Source: Kordia sp. SMS9
GTDB taxonomy: Bacteria; Bacteroidota; Bacteroidia; Flavobacteriales; Flavobacteriaceae
NCBI RefSeq assembly: GCF_003352465.1
Contig: NZ_CP031153.1
Span: forward strand, 546,465 to 610,464
DNA: 64,000 nucleotides
Direction: 5' to 3'
The notes under the pieces are model-generated. The model had not been told where the DNA came from and ran no database searches. It saw nothing but the letters and a program-made list of their open reading frames with translations. Position numbers and translations under genes: made by a program. Below are positions 48,437 through 59,312 of this stretch, piece by piece (position 1 is the first letter of the stretch; each line of letters starts with the position of its first letter).

Positions 48437-48883
48437 ATAGTTAGACGCGCTTCGCTGTTAGATTTTAGACATGTTCGATACGTCTGTGCAAAAATTTCAG
48501 AAAAATTCGTGGCAATCTGTTTGTTTCATATTTGTATGTGTTATTTGGATTTTTCATAAAATAAGCTAATCGTTTTTAAATTCTCTATCAAAAAGTTCGA
48601 CTTTAGAAACTTTGGGTTTAGGCTTCTTAGACAATATTAGAAAGAAGTATTAGAAACGTCCTTGAGGAGCATAACGACGTGGCAATCTGTTTCTTTAATA
48701 ATTAAAAAGTTTTCTTTGAAAAACGCTAAATACTCACAGCTTTTTACCACGAATGCACGAATGTAGACGCACTTTGGGTTTAGACTTTTTCCACTTAGCA
48801 AAAATCTCTTAGATTGTTAGATAATTTCATTGTAAAAAGTTCAAAAAGCAATCGCGTGTCTAAAAGCGCAGCGTATCTAACAA

Positions 48884-49507
48884 TCATTCTTCAAACTGTT
48901 CCAAAATCTCTTCTAACTTTCGTACGTGTACGCCATACAATTTATCTGTCCAAAGTACCGTAATGTAGTAAATTAGTAATCCGCACACCAAGTATCCTAA
49001 AATCACTAAAATCAACGTGCTAGTTGGCATTTGTAATAAAAACCATTCTGAAAAACGATCGACATCATTACGAACAGAGCCCATAAACAAGGCTGCGATA
49101 GGAATTGGTAATACTAACGAACCCGCAATAATTCCTGATTTATACACTTCCATGGTGAGTTTAATGTCGTAAATAAAACGCAATATAGTTTCTTTGGTTT
49201 GCTGAGTTATATTAGACGTTCTTCGCAGAAACCAAACCATTTTTGCTAAATATCCAAGCGTCATAATAAACGTTAGAAACATACAAATAAGGTAGGTCGC
49301 ACGTGGCAATTCGTACATTTTAATGATAAATGGATAGCAAAAGAAAACAATAAAAGCAACCAATTGAATCGCAATTTCTCCTTTCATCGTTTTGCGAATT
49401 TGAGCAATTGGCATTTGACTTTTTTTGAGGTTTTCTAAACTTGTTGGCAGTTGTAAATCGTCTTGATTTTCGTCATCCATCAATTCTTTTATTTTATCAA
49501 AATCCAT
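48884..49507 (-). CDS. Membrane protein downstream of ECF sigma (possible anti-sigma)
   Basis: ORF track; 4-5 predicted TM helices; overlaps the sigma gene by 11 nt. Confidence 0.5.
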   Translation of the reverse strand: MDFDKIKELMDDENQDDLQLPTSLENLKKSQMPIAQIRKTMKGEIAIQLVAFIVFFCYPFIIKMYELPRATYLICMFLTFIMTLGYLAKMVWFLRRTSNITQQTKETILRFIYDIKLTMEVYKSGIIAGSLVLPIPIAALFMGSVRNDVDRFSEWFLLQMPTSTLILVILGYLVCGLLIYYITVLWTDKLYGVHVRKLEEILEQFEE

Positions 49508-50000
49508 GATGTTGTGTTTTTATAATTTCTTTTAATTTTTTCTTCGTTCTATTGAGCTTTACGCGAACATTTACAGGCGACATTCCTAAGTTTTTCGCCA
49601 TTTCTTCTCCTGAAAATCCTTCGATAAACTGAAAGATCAGCGCTTTTTCAATTTTATTTAATTGCTGCACAGCTTTGTAAAAAATTGCCAGTTGTTCTTC
49701 CTTTTCATCCGAATATTCTTCATGCGCCAATTGCACATGTTCAGGCATTTTATAAGTATCTGGCTTGCGCTTTTCTTTCTTAAAAAATACAATTGCTGTA
49801 TTCAATGCTACGCGATACATCCAGCTTGAAAATTGACTATTTCCATTGAACGATTTGAGCGATTTCCACAGTTGCAAAATAATTTCTTGTACCAAGTCTT
49901 CACGATCGTTCGCATCTTCAAAATACATGCGAGAGACCTTGTGCAAAATACCTTTGTGTGTGGTAATTTTAGTAAGAAATTCGTGTTCTGTGAGTTCCAA
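49497..50000 (-). CDS. ECF-type sigma-70 factor (probable TTG start)
   Basis: Sigma region 2 (DLVQEIILQLWKS) and region 4 (EEMAKNLGMSPVNVRVKLNRTKKKL). The track ORF (to 50147) overlaps the upstream gene by 135 nt. An in-frame TTG at 49998-50000 immediately after the upstream stop gives MELTEHEF..., a canonical ECF N-terminus. Confidence 0.75.
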   Translation of the reverse strand: MELTEHEFLTKITTHKGILHKVSRMYFEDANDREDLVQEIILQLWKSLKSFNGNSQFSSWMYRVALNTAIVFFKKEKRKPDTYKMPEHVQLAHEEYSDEKEEQLAIFYKAVQQLNKIEKALIFQFIEGFSGEEMAKNLGMSPVNVRVKLNRTKKKLKEIIKTQHHGF

Positions 50001-50011
50001 TGGTTGATGCT

Positions 50012-50863
50012 TTAAAATACAGGTGTCACCGTAAATCCTTGTTTTTGAAGTAATGCAATTACGCCGTTTTCTCCTGGCAAATGTGCTGCGCCCACGGCAA
50101 ATAAATTGGATTGTTTTTTCATAAGTTCTGGCATCAGTTTCGCCCAATTATTGTTGCGAACGGTCAACATCCAATATTCCGCATTTTTGTTAAAAAAACG
50201 TTCGTCTTTCATATCGTTATGGAGCTTGCCAATTTCTTCATTCTTGTACGATGTTACCATGTCTTGCATCATTGTTTTGTATTCAGAGAACAGTTTTACT
50301 TGCTGCCATAAAAAGTCTTTTGGATATGCTTTCGCAAAAAAATCCAATTGACCGTCCAAGGTTTCCAATCCGGCTACTTTTTTATTATTTGCTTTTGCAA
50401 GACTTGTCAATTCTACTTCATACATTTTTTTAATAGGACAATTATAACTTTGCTGAATCAACAGCGTATACACTGTCATTAAGGTATAACTATTCACCAT
50501 TTGCAGTGACATGTTTAGTTCTTTTTTCAGTAAATTATCGAGAAATGTTTGCTGCTCTTTTGACAATTCTTCCGTTAATTTTCCGCCAGACATCATCTTT
50601 TTTTGAGCTGCCATTAATGCTTTTGTGTCCGACATGTCAACTTCTAACACTAAATTTTCTGTTTCTTTAAACGCATTGGTCACCTTTGCAGGAATGGCAA
50701 AATCATCTTTGCACAGAATATGAATCGTTCCCAGCAAATACGAAGGTTTTTCAAGGTCTTTGTGTTCAATTTTCCACAGAACAGAATTTTCAAGTTTTTG
50801 ATCTTGTGCGTTGATTGTAAAACTGCTTACGATGAAGCAACAGAGTGCAATAATTTTTTTCAT
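50012..50863 (-). CDS. TraB/GumN-family protein (secreted)
   Basis: Signal peptide; YLLGTIH and AVGAAHLPGENG motifs. Confidence 0.7.
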   Translation of the reverse strand: MKKIIALCCFIVSSFTINAQDQKLENSVLWKIEHKDLEKPSYLLGTIHILCKDDFAIPAKVTNAFKETENLVLEVDMSDTKALMAAQKKMMSGGKLTEELSKEQQTFLDNLLKKELNMSLQMVNSYTLMTVYTLLIQQSYNCPIKKMYEVELTSLAKANNKKVAGLETLDGQLDFFAKAYPKDFLWQQVKLFSEYKTMMQDMVTSYKNEEIGKLHNDMKDERFFNKNAEYWMLTVRNNNWAKLMPELMKKQSNLFAVGAAHLPGENGVIALLQKQGFTVTPVF

Positions 50864-51027
50864 GATGTTGTTTTTTATACAAGAAATTTTTCAGCTGAAT
50901 AGATTTTCTTTCAATTTATATCTATTTGCTCCGTAAGTAGCAACTTTGAAAATATGTTACAAAAAAAATATTTTTATTTTTAATTAACTGATTGCCTGCA
51001 TTATAAAATATTTTAAAACACTCTTAA

Positions 51028-51546
51028 TCAACTTGAAAATATACCAAGCTGATCTTTCATATCAAAAATCATATCAATAACACTAAAGTGATACGGAATA
51101 AACTGTTTCGATTGAATGAGCGTAACTATCTCGTCTTTATAAGCCCATTTTACATTTTGCACTTCAGTTTCTTGCAGTGTTAATTTTGTAAGATCTACCT
51201 CAGCTTTTAGAATATAATAATCGTCAAATCCTCTTTGAAAGTTGATGGTGAAATGAGGTCTGATAGTTGTAAAATCAAATGCATACCCTAATTCTTCAAA
51301 CAATTCTCTTTCTGCGGCTTGTTGAGAAGTTTCACCAGCTTGCGCTGTTCCTCCAACGGTAATATCCCATAAATTTGGCCAGCCTTTTTTAAATGGTTGT
51401 CGCTGTTGAATGAGCAATTGATTGTTGGAATTGATAATTGCTACGTGAATCACCAAATGAAATTCATCAGCATTCAACGTATCGCCACGCGTAACAACTT
51501 TACCTTTTTTGATTCGATACTTGTCGTAAATATCCCATTCTTCCAT
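51028..51546 (-). CDS. Nudix hydrolase
   Basis: Nudix box GGTAQAGETSQQAAERELFEELG. Confidence 0.85.
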   Translation of the reverse strand: MEEWDIYDKYRIKKGKVVTRGDTLNADEFHLVIHVAIINSNNQLLIQQRQPFKKGWPNLWDITVGGTAQAGETSQQAAERELFEELGYAFDFTTIRPHFTINFQRGFDDYYILKAEVDLTKLTLQETEVQNVKWAYKDEIVTLIQSKQFIPYHFSVIDMIFDMKDQLGIFSS

Positions 51547-51584
51547 GAAAATGACTGCTTTTTAATAAATATTGAAAAGTGATA

Positions 51585-52040
51585 TTATTTCGCCGCAATG
51601 ACGTCAATTTCAATTTTTGCACCAATAGCGAGTCCGCCAGCCGCAAAAGTTGTCCGTGCAGGTTTGTTTGGAAAGTATTGTACATACACACTATTAAAAT
51701 CTTTAAAATCGTTGATGTCTGCTAGAATTACCGTGCATTTTACCACACGATCTAACGAAGAATTGTGTTGTGCTAAAACCGCTTTTATGTTTTCAATGGC
51801 TTGTTTGGTTTCCGCTTTAATTCCGCCTTCGACCAACATTCCTTTGGTATGATCTTTCCCTATTTGTCCAGCTAAGAAGAGTAAATTTTCCGTTTCTACT
51901 GCGGCGCTAAATGGTGTGTTTTGTCGTTGTGGCAAGTGTGATTTGTGGAATTTGACATCCGTTGTTTTGGTTTCGTTTGACGTTTGACAACTGGTGAAGC
52001 ATAGTAAAAATACTACGCAAAGAGAAAAGATGGTTTTCAT
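51585..52040 (-). CDS. ridA: RidA/YjgF-family protein with signal peptide
   Basis: ...DRVVKCTVILADINDFKDFNSVY...PARTTFAAGGLAIGAKIEIDVIA is a typical RidA C-terminus. Confidence 0.8.
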   Translation of the reverse strand: MKTIFSLCVVFLLCFTSCQTSNETKTTDVKFHKSHLPQRQNTPFSAAVETENLLFLAGQIGKDHTKGMLVEGGIKAETKQAIENIKAVLAQHNSSLDRVVKCTVILADINDFKDFNSVYVQYFPNKPARTTFAAGGLAIGAKIEIDVIAAK

Positions 52041-52052
52041 GGTGTTTGATTT

Positions 52053-53114
52053 TCAGACTTTGAGTGTCTCTTTCTTTGACTTTAAAGAATCTTTTTTAAC
52101 TTGAATGTAATCATTAATCCCTTTAGATTCTAGATGAAGTTTTATTTGCTTTGCCAATTCATAAGCTAGATTAACTGGAACTGCATTTCCTATCATTTTA
52201 TACCCAGCTGCTACTTTGTTATAAACAAATATGAAATCATCAGGAAAAGTTTGTATTCGAGCACATTCTCGAACACTTAAACGTCTATATAAATGCTCTT
52301 TACCAGGCACAAAAATCCTAATATTTTTTTCTATAAATTTCATTTTGGGTGCTTGAGGATGAATAGGAGCATGCCTTCCTCCTGCTTGAATAGTGAAAGA
52401 TTGTTCATCCCAACTTCTTACTCTATTTCGAGACATAAATATCGTTGAAAAACTTCCAACCATATACTCATTATTAGGTACTAGGCAACTATTTCCATTT
52501 GTATAATTCTTTTCCTTGGCGGCTAAAACTGAATCTTTTAAATCACTAATTCTTTCTTTTAATGATATTTTTTGTGAAAATTTTTCAGGAAACTTAAAAT
52601 TGATTTTTAAATCTTTTCTAAAACCTATAAAAAAAACTCTTTTTCTATCTTGAGGAACTCCATAGTCCGAAGCATTCAATAATTCAAATGATAAATCATA
52701 TCCAACACCAGCACTTTTGAACATTTCTTTAATATTTTTTAAAGCATCATTATGCCTAGGAAGTAACATTCCTGACACATTTTCAGCTAAAAAAAATAAA
52801 GGTTGTTTATCTTCTAAGACTTCAATAAAATTAAAAAAAAGTTGTCCTCTTTTATCTTTAATTCCTCTCAATGCTCCTGCTTCACTCCAACTCTGACAAG
52901 GAGGTCCTCCAATAATTCCAATAGGATTATCTGGGATTTCAGAAACCGAAATATTACGCATACTTCTCCTATCTAAAAAAGTGTTTGGATGATTTTTCTC
53001 ATACGTTTCCCATATCTCTTTGTCGTATTCATTTGCCCATGTCACATTGAATCCAGCTTTTTCAAAACCAAGGTCAAGTCCACCTGCACCTGCAAAAAAA
53101 GAAATTATATTCAT
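52053..53114 (-). CDS. DNA (cytosine-5)-methyltransferase
   Basis: [12 protein letters not shown] (motif I), GGPPCQSWS (motif IV PCQ), ENV (motif VI). Confidence 0.9.
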   Translation of the reverse strand: MNIISFFAGAGGLDLGFEKAGFNVTWANEYDKEIWETYEKNHPNTFLDRRSMRNISVSEIPDNPIGIIGGPPCQSWSEAGALRGIKDKRGQLFFNFIEVLEDKQPLFFLAENVSGMLLPRHNDALKNIKEMFKSAGVGYDLSFELLNASDYGVPQDRKRVFFIGFRKDLKINFKFPEKFSQKISLKERISDLKDSVLAAKEKNYTNGNSCLVPNNEYMVGSFSTIFMSRNRVRSWDEQSFTIQAGGRHAPIHPQAPKMKFIEKNIRIFVPGKEHLYRRLSVRECARIQTFPDDFIFVYNKVAAGYKMIGNAVPVNLAYELAKQIKLHLESKGINDYIQVKKDSLKSKKETLKV

Positions 53115-53992
53115 TATTTAATATTATATTTTATTAGTATGGAATCCAACAATTTTGCTGTATTGTTAGGGTTTTTAATCTTAACCGATTTCATCTTTAC
53201 TTGCTTTAAAGATTCTAAATTTTCTCGATCTATTTTTGAAAATGAATTAAACTTATCACGAGTCATTAACACCCTTAGTTTAAATGCAGCACCTTCATTG
53301 TCATTTATATATTGGAAAACCTTATTTGGATTAGCAATATGCCACATACCTCTTATTCTTAAATCAGTAATTCCCAAAGGATCAACTTTCTTAACTTTAC
53401 CTAACTCTTTTGTTTCTGTAAATTCAACATCGCTAATTTCAGTTATACCTTCAGTTATTTTATTTTTTATTCTTTGATAAATAGATTTGTCCGCGGCATA
53501 ACAATCTCCATATACCAACCATAACCAGTTTATCTTATCATCACTAGTATAACCTACTGCATAAATAATATCTTTTACTTTCCAATCTTCACAATCTCTA
53601 CATGATTTTGTTATCATTGGACTATCTGAATATAATTTAGCTTTAGGGAAAGAACTATTCAATGCCAAAGTACTACCTGGACTCTGAATCTTTTTAACTT
53701 CGATAGCATCTCCATTCTTAATCATCAAATCTGGAGGATTATTCTGATTTCCTAAATATGAGAAGTGTTTTTCATACTCTGTGAGACTTTCTCCTTCACT
53801 ACTATTAATTGTATTTGCAAATATATCTTTAATATAAGTTTCTAAAGCACCCCCAACGCTATTTGCTCTATTTCTTCCTTGATAATAAGATTTTATATCT
53901 ATTACAGGGTTTTCTACCAAATTTTTTATTGCAATCAAAATATTTGTCATAGTAACAAAAATAAAAATTTCGAACTTACCTTTTTCAACCAC
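53114..53992 (-). CDS. Putative type II restriction endonuclease partnered with the m5C methyltransferase
   Basis: PD-(D/E)xK-like [16 protein letters not shown]; its start overlaps the MTase stop (ATGA). Confidence 0.55.
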   Translation of the reverse strand: MVEKGKFEIFIFVTMTNILIAIKNLVENPVIDIKSYYQGRNRANSVGGALETYIKDIFANTINSSEGESLTEYEKHFSYLGNQNNPPDLMIKNGDAIEVKKIQSPGSTLALNSSFPKAKLYSDSPMITKSCRDCEDWKVKDIIYAVGYTSDDKINWLWLVYGDCYAADKSIYQRIKNKITEGITEISDVEFTETKELGKVKKVDPLGITDLRIRGMWHIANPNKVFQYINDNEGAAFKLRVLMTRDKFNSFSKIDRENLESLKQVKMKSVKIKNPNNTAKLLDSILIKYNIK

Positions 53993-54048
53993 TCCAATTA
54001 ATTATAAACAAATATAAAACGTAAATGAAGATTCAGTATTCAAAAATA

Positions 54049-54113
54049 GAGATTCCTGCCTGCGCAGAAATGACAGAGTAAACAGGATGAGATTCCTGCC
54101 TACGCAGGAATAA
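54049..54113. repeat. Two copies of hairpin repeat gagattcctgcct[ga]cgcag[ga]aat
   Basis: Near-palindromic ATTCCTGC-CTGC-GCAGGAAT; a third copy lies at 63577-63599. Confidence 0.6.
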
Positions 54114-54125
54114 AAAAGTAGCTAA

Positions 54126-55388
54126 TTAAAAATACTGCCCAATTCCAAAGACGATTCCGCGACTTGCATTTTTAGTAATTCCGTAGCCGTAATCTATTCG
54201 GAAAATAGCGTTGAAGATGCGCTTGTGTATGAATCGTAAACCAACTCCAGGATAGATTCTAAAGTTTTGACTGTCTACGAAATCGCCAAAGTCTCCGCCT
54301 GGATTTCGCCACGTTCCTGCATCAATGAATCCGTTTCCTTGTAGAATAAACCAACCTTTTTCATACAGTGTATAACGATATTCAGAGTTTAATACAATAC
54401 TTCCTGTTCCGCGATCAATGATGTTTCCAACACCTCGAATGTTTAAATTATTATCTACTGAAAATGGTGCAAATGGACTGTCATCATTGGAGGAAAGACC
54501 AAAACGAAAACGATTTGCCCAGTTTCCTTTTTCGCCAATGCGTTTAAAATATAAAAAGTCGCTCCAACCAATTAAGAAATTGTCTTGAAAATCATTTTCA
54601 GTGGTCACATATTGTAAATATAACGTGTTTTTGATGCCTTCTACATATTGATAATCATAATCTAAATCATCGTATTCATAGACAAATTTGAGCATTTGCT
54701 TGTCTAGCGAGAGACTTTGCGGAATGACAGTAGAAGTCAATCCATTTAAGTAACTGTATTCTTCTTTGAATATGTTGATTCCGAATTGCAATAAGTTTTT
54801 AAAGTTGATTTGATACAACGCCAATACTTCAAACGACGTGTTGCTGTATTTGTAATTTGCCGAACCGTTGTCAAAAAACAATGGCTCTTCACTCGTCCAG
54901 TTTTGGTGATTGATGGCGAGTCCGAAGTTTCGTGTAATTAAATTCGGCGCACGCAAATTGATTCCGTATGAGTCAAATCCGTTGTTCTGATAAAATCCGC
55001 CAAAAGCGATGTTTCTTCCCAAAAAATTATAATCATACAAACCTACTTTATAGGCAAATTGCTGATTGGTTGTTGTCCAAATATTGACATTGGGAATGAG
55101 CGTGAAGTTTTCTTCAATATTAAAATAGACATTATACAGATTGTCATGCGAATAGAAAATTTGATAGTACGCATGTGAAACTCCCGCCAATCGCTTCAAA
55201 AGAATAACATCTTTGTCCAACTGAAGTGAATCTAAAGTATCACCGTTTCGGACACTGACATAGTTTCTTAAAAACCCGACTTTGTTCTTTTTTTGTCCTT
55301 GAAATTTTACATCATACACAATCTTATCTTGTGCAATTCCGCTAAAGACCATCAAGAAAAACGTAATAAAAAGAAGTATTTTTTTCAT
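54126..55388 (-). CDS. Omp85-superfamily outer-membrane protein (POTRA + barrel; BamA/TamA/ShlB-like)
   Basis: Signal peptide, N-terminal POTRA-like segment (VYDVKFQGQKKNKVGFLRNYVSVRNGDTLD), and a C-terminus ending ...GIGQYF. Confidence 0.6.
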   Translation of the reverse strand: MKKILLFITFFLMVFSGIAQDKIVYDVKFQGQKKNKVGFLRNYVSVRNGDTLDSLQLDKDVILLKRLAGVSHAYYQIFYSHDNLYNVYFNIEENFTLIPNVNIWTTTNQQFAYKVGLYDYNFLGRNIAFGGFYQNNGFDSYGINLRAPNLITRNFGLAINHQNWTSEEPLFFDNGSANYKYSNTSFEVLALYQINFKNLLQFGINIFKEEYSYLNGLTSTVIPQSLSLDKQMLKFVYEYDDLDYDYQYVEGIKNTLYLQYVTTENDFQDNFLIGWSDFLYFKRIGEKGNWANRFRFGLSSNDDSPFAPFSVDNNLNIRGVGNIIDRGTGSIVLNSEYRYTLYEKGWFILQGNGFIDAGTWRNPGGDFGDFVDSQNFRIYPGVGLRFIHKRIFNAIFRIDYGYGITKNASRGIVFGIGQYF

Positions 55389-55390
55389 AG

Positions 55391-56146
55391 CTATTCAGCT
55401 ATAAATATACTCTGAATTACTGTATTTACCCAATTATCTTCGCTTACGTCCATTAATGTGAATTTATACGGATTGTCAACCGTTAATTCGAGCGGATTTT
55501 CCTCAGAAATATTTAAAACTACGTTGGATGTGTTGTAGTATTGAAATTGGTTTTCAAACGTGTACGTTCCGGAAAGTAAACCATCATCAACAGTAGAAAC
55601 AATTTGAAAATAAATAGCATTATCGCCATTGGCATTGTGTTCCCACAAAAATTTTGGCATTTTAGACACTTCATGATCCACCGTCACTACATCTGTCCAA
55701 ACAGTTGGTTTTGTTATATTTTTTGTACGAATCGGATTGGAGAGCTTCACTTCACCATCCAACTCAAATGCAATGATAATCCATTGTTCCTGTGCAAAAG
55801 GTCGTGTAAATTGATAGATGAATCCTTCAAAAAGTGCTGTTGATGGCAAATCTAACTTTCGATAGTTACTATAATCGTTTGCGTCAACATCTGCGGTATT
55901 GGTTTCAAAAAACTGCACATTCGTTGCGCCTTCTTCCAAATAATAAAAAATATTTACAATAGCTGTATTGGAAGTATCACTTGCCGCACAAGCAATGACC
56001 GCACCGTTTTCAATAGTTCTATTCGCAATGATATCTGATAGTTTCGCCGTATTTTCTATCCTAATAGCTTCAACTGTATCATCTGATTGACAGGAAAGTA
56101 TCGTTGAAAATACCGTGAGATATAGAAGTATTTTTAGTTTGTTCAT
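55391..56146 (-). CDS. Lipoprotein, unknown function
   Basis: Lipobox LSCQS after the signal peptide. Confidence 0.5.
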   Translation of the reverse strand: MNKLKILLYLTVFSTILSCQSDDTVEAIRIENTAKLSDIIANRTIENGAVIACAASDTSNTAIVNIFYYLEEGATNVQFFETNTADVDANDYSNYRKLDLPSTALFEGFIYQFTRPFAQEQWIIIAFELDGEVKLSNPIRTKNITKPTVWTDVVTVDHEVSKMPKFLWEHNANGDNAIYFQIVSTVDDGLLSGTYTFENQFQYYNTSNVVLNISEENPLELTVDNPYKFTLMDVSEDNWVNTVIQSIFIAE

Positions 56147-57147
56147 TCGTGTTTTTTATAATTTTCACGGACAATTGCCTCCGCAGGCTTGTTTTGTGGT
56201 GTAAATTGATTGTTTTCCAAGCCACCTACTTTTTCATCGTTTATAAACCATTTCCAGATAAATCCGCCCGCAAACCATTCTTCTTTCCAAAATTCATTGT
56301 ACAACGCTTGCAACGCAATTTCCTGTGCTTTTAAATTGAGTACTTTTCCGCTTCTGCTAGAATCCCAAGGTTCTTTGCCAGTATATTCCATACTGCGATA
56401 TCCGTATTCAGTGAAGAGTATTTTTCGCTGTAACTTTTCAGACAAGCTTACGATTTTCTGTTTGTGCGATTGCCAACCTTTTTGCAAATTTTCTAACGAA
56501 GGAATTTTTTCTTCACTTAACGGAAAATACGCGTCAATTCCTATAAAATCTAAGGCTTCCCAAAACGGTACCTTGTCAAACGAATCCCAATTTTCTGCAT
56601 AGGTCAATTTTCCTTTGTATACTTTTTTCACTTTCGTGATGAGTTCCTTCCAAAAAGCCGGTCGCGCTGCTACAAACTTGTGCAATTCCGTGCCAATGCA
56701 GTACATTTCTGCTTTGAGCTCTTCTGCCAAACTTGCATATTCCAGAATAAAACTTTCATATGATTTTTCAAACGCTTTCCAATCTTCCTCAGATTCCATT
56801 TCAATAAAACCTGTAAATTCACCATTCCAAACCCAAATTTGCGGTTTGATCATGATTTTAATGTTGTTCTTTTGCAACAATTCCGAATATTGCTTTGCTC
56901 CTTTTCGCGTTTCGCCAAACCATTGTCGGTCTGTGTTATGAATGACATCCGTAGTATTCAATTTTCGCATAAAACCAAAAGGCATAATTGCCGCGTAATT
57001 TGCGTTTACACTAATTACAGGATCTACATGCGTTTGATTCGCAGGTTGTGATGCAGCGACAAAACTTACACCATTTATTTTTTTGGTTTGACTAGTACAA
57101 GAAAGTTGCAACAGGCCAAAAAATATGCAAAGGAGCCTACATTTCAT
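56143..57147 (-). CDS. TIM-barrel glycoside hydrolase-like lipoprotein (GH5/GH113-like)
   Basis: Signal/lipobox LQLSCTS; catalytic-Glu context ILFTEYGY. Confidence 0.55.
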   Translation of the reverse strand: MKCRLLCIFFGLLQLSCTSQTKKINGVSFVAASQPANQTHVDPVISVNANYAAIMPFGFMRKLNTTDVIHNTDRQWFGETRKGAKQYSELLQKNNIKIMIKPQIWVWNGEFTGFIEMESEEDWKAFEKSYESFILEYASLAEELKAEMYCIGTELHKFVAARPAFWKELITKVKKVYKGKLTYAENWDSFDKVPFWEALDFIGIDAYFPLSEEKIPSLENLQKGWQSHKQKIVSLSEKLQRKILFTEYGYRSMEYTGKEPWDSSRSGKVLNLKAQEIALQALYNEFWKEEWFAGGFIWKWFINDEKVGGLENNQFTPQNKPAEAIVRENYKKHE

Positions 57148-57183
57148 AGTTGATTGTTTTAGACTCCTAAAATAAGTATATTC

Positions 57184-58107
57184 TTAAAAAAGTGCTCTTA
57201 AACCTATGCTAAAAGTTTGTCCTAGTCCTTGAAAATTACTTCCCCGAACAAACTTGTCAAAAGAAGCTTCTACGTTTAACACACTTGTCAATTGATATTT
57301 TGTTCCAATTCCTAACGAAGTAGAATTTTGCGAAAAATCGTTTCCTAAATCTATTAAAAATGCCTGTTTTGTATTTACATAAACAGTAGATTTTGGCGAT
57401 GGAAAGTAGCTTAAAAATACAGCAAGTGGCATGAATAAACTGTTATTTGCAAAACGTTCGCCTACGTTAGAATCATTTGGATTAGCATCTTCTGCTTTTT
57501 CTCCAAAATTGAATCCGAAATCAGCTTGTGTAAATAACTGCCATTTGTCTTGTCCGAACGTTTTGTCATAGAAAAATTTGGTTTCCCAAAACACACTTCG
57601 TTTGTCTAAATACGGCGCATTGGCTTTGTCTGCAAAAATTGGTAAGTAGATAGAACTTGTAAATGAAAACGTTGATAAACTCTTAAACGGTTGCACACGA
57701 ATTGACGGCGCAATGGTTGTAAATCCGCTTCTAGAAGTTGCGTTATCTCTAAAGTTAAATACATCTAACGCGCCAGCACCACCAAAGGTATTAGAACGCA
57801 CTTGGAAAATAAAACCGATGTTGACACGGCGATTTTCACTAATTCCTGTGTAAATTTCTGTGGTATTTGTAAAAAAGGTTTCTCTCGGAATCGTGACTGA
57901 AGTACTTCCTGCGTCGGTTCTTTCCGTTTGTGTATAAATACTGTTGAAAAACTTAATATCCCATTGTCCTTTTTTCAATAATTTTGAAGGTGTAAACTCT
58001 TGAATATTCGTTAAATTATCAGTAGTATCCTCATCTTCATCTTGTGCAAATGAGAAGCTTACACATAATACTGCAAGCGCAGTGAGCCATAAATTTTTAG
58101 TGTTCAT
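57184..58107 (-). CDS. Outer-membrane beta-barrel protein, unknown function
   Basis: Signal peptide ending FAQ; alternating amphipathic strands; C-terminal ...GLRALF. Confidence 0.5.
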   Translation of the reverse strand: MNTKNLWLTALAVLCVSFSFAQDEDEDTTDNLTNIQEFTPSKLLKKGQWDIKFFNSIYTQTERTDAGSTSVTIPRETFFTNTTEIYTGISENRRVNIGFIFQVRSNTFGGAGALDVFNFRDNATSRSGFTTIAPSIRVQPFKSLSTFSFTSSIYLPIFADKANAPYLDKRSVFWETKFFYDKTFGQDKWQLFTQADFGFNFGEKAEDANPNDSNVGERFANNSLFMPLAVFLSYFPSPKSTVYVNTKQAFLIDLGNDFSQNSTSLGIGTKYQLTSVLNVEASFDKFVRGSNFQGLGQTFSIGLRALF

Positions 58108-58315
58108 TTTTGATTTAATTTAGTATTGGTTCTTTTAATTTTTTTCTATATTAATGTTCACACTGAGCATCTCAAAGTATCAATGTGTTCACACTGAGCC
58201 TGTCGAAGTGTCTAGTTTTCCAAGTACTTCTCGATACAATTTTCTTGGGAAAATCACTCGAAGTGACGATTGAAAACAATTTATAATTCAACATTTAGCA
58301 TTTAAAATTTTTCAA

Positions 58316-59032
58316 CTATTTCGTTTTATTCAAATTCCAGTTGTAAGGATAATAGCTGATTTTAGATTTTTTGGCAATTTTTTCTTCTCTATATTGATTG
58401 ATAAAGTCGATTTCAGTTCCGTTTTGGATAAAATCTTCTTTGTACCATTTCATAATTTCAGAAAGTTGTACACGCTTTTTCTTGGTATTTACTTTGATAA
58501 AATCATTACTATTTAAGGCAATTCGTGTTTGCTTGTCAAGCTGTTCGTCTAAAGTGTTTGGCAAATATGCTTCCGCGATGATTGGAGGACACCCCAAACC
58601 TGCGCACACCAACACAAAGTGAAAACGTGCATCAGCAAACTGTCCGCGTAACAACTTATGTTCTATATCGTTGAGTGTGATTTTTTTTCCGCCAACAGCA
58701 TGTGTTGTTTTATCGAAAAATCCTTTAATATCCAACGGTGATTTTACAGGATACTTTTCAACAATTCCCTTAATAACCGATAAATTGTAGATATTAATCC
58801 AAAATGCTTGATACGCTGCTGCATCACTCTTATCAATCTTAATACTATTGGTCGCTGTTAAAATCTTTTCTAGTTGTGCTGGATTCTTTTGGATCGCTTT
58901 ATAATTGACACGTCCATTCTTCACATGTGCTTCCAAAAAAGCATTGGTATCTTCAAAAAAGGTATCTATATTTTGTGCAAATCCGAACGTAGTAACACAG
59001 AAGACAATAAGTGTGATGATTTTAGATTTCAT
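58316..59032 (-). CDS. DUF547-domain protein (second paralog)
   Basis: HFVLVCAGLGCPPI motif; signal peptide. Confidence 0.7.
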   Translation of the reverse strand: MKSKIITLIVFCVTTFGFAQNIDTFFEDTNAFLEAHVKNGRVNYKAIQKNPAQLEKILTATNSIKIDKSDAAAYQAFWINIYNLSVIKGIVEKYPVKSPLDIKGFFDKTTHAVGGKKITLNDIEHKLLRGQFADARFHFVLVCAGLGCPPIIAEAYLPNTLDEQLDKQTRIALNSNDFIKVNTKKKRVQLSEIMKWYKEDFIQNGTEIDFINQYREEKIAKKSKISYYPYNWNLNKTK

Positions 59033-59312
59033 AGCAATTTTTAATAATTAATTTTTAGTTGTAATGCTGGGTAAGTCCACTAAAGGGTTCAGAACTTACA
59101 AACTTTCTGAAAAAAAATTCAAATCGCATCAAATTGACTTTCAAAGACAAAGCGAGTTGTAGTTTTTTAAAAATCCTTACAAAAAGGTTTTAATTTATAA
59201 TAATTCTAAATTCCTTACCTTGGTTAAGTTCTTAACTTTAACAGCGACAGAACTCACGACATAAGTCAATTCCTAAGCACCAATAGGAATCAATATAACC
59301 AATTCACAATTT

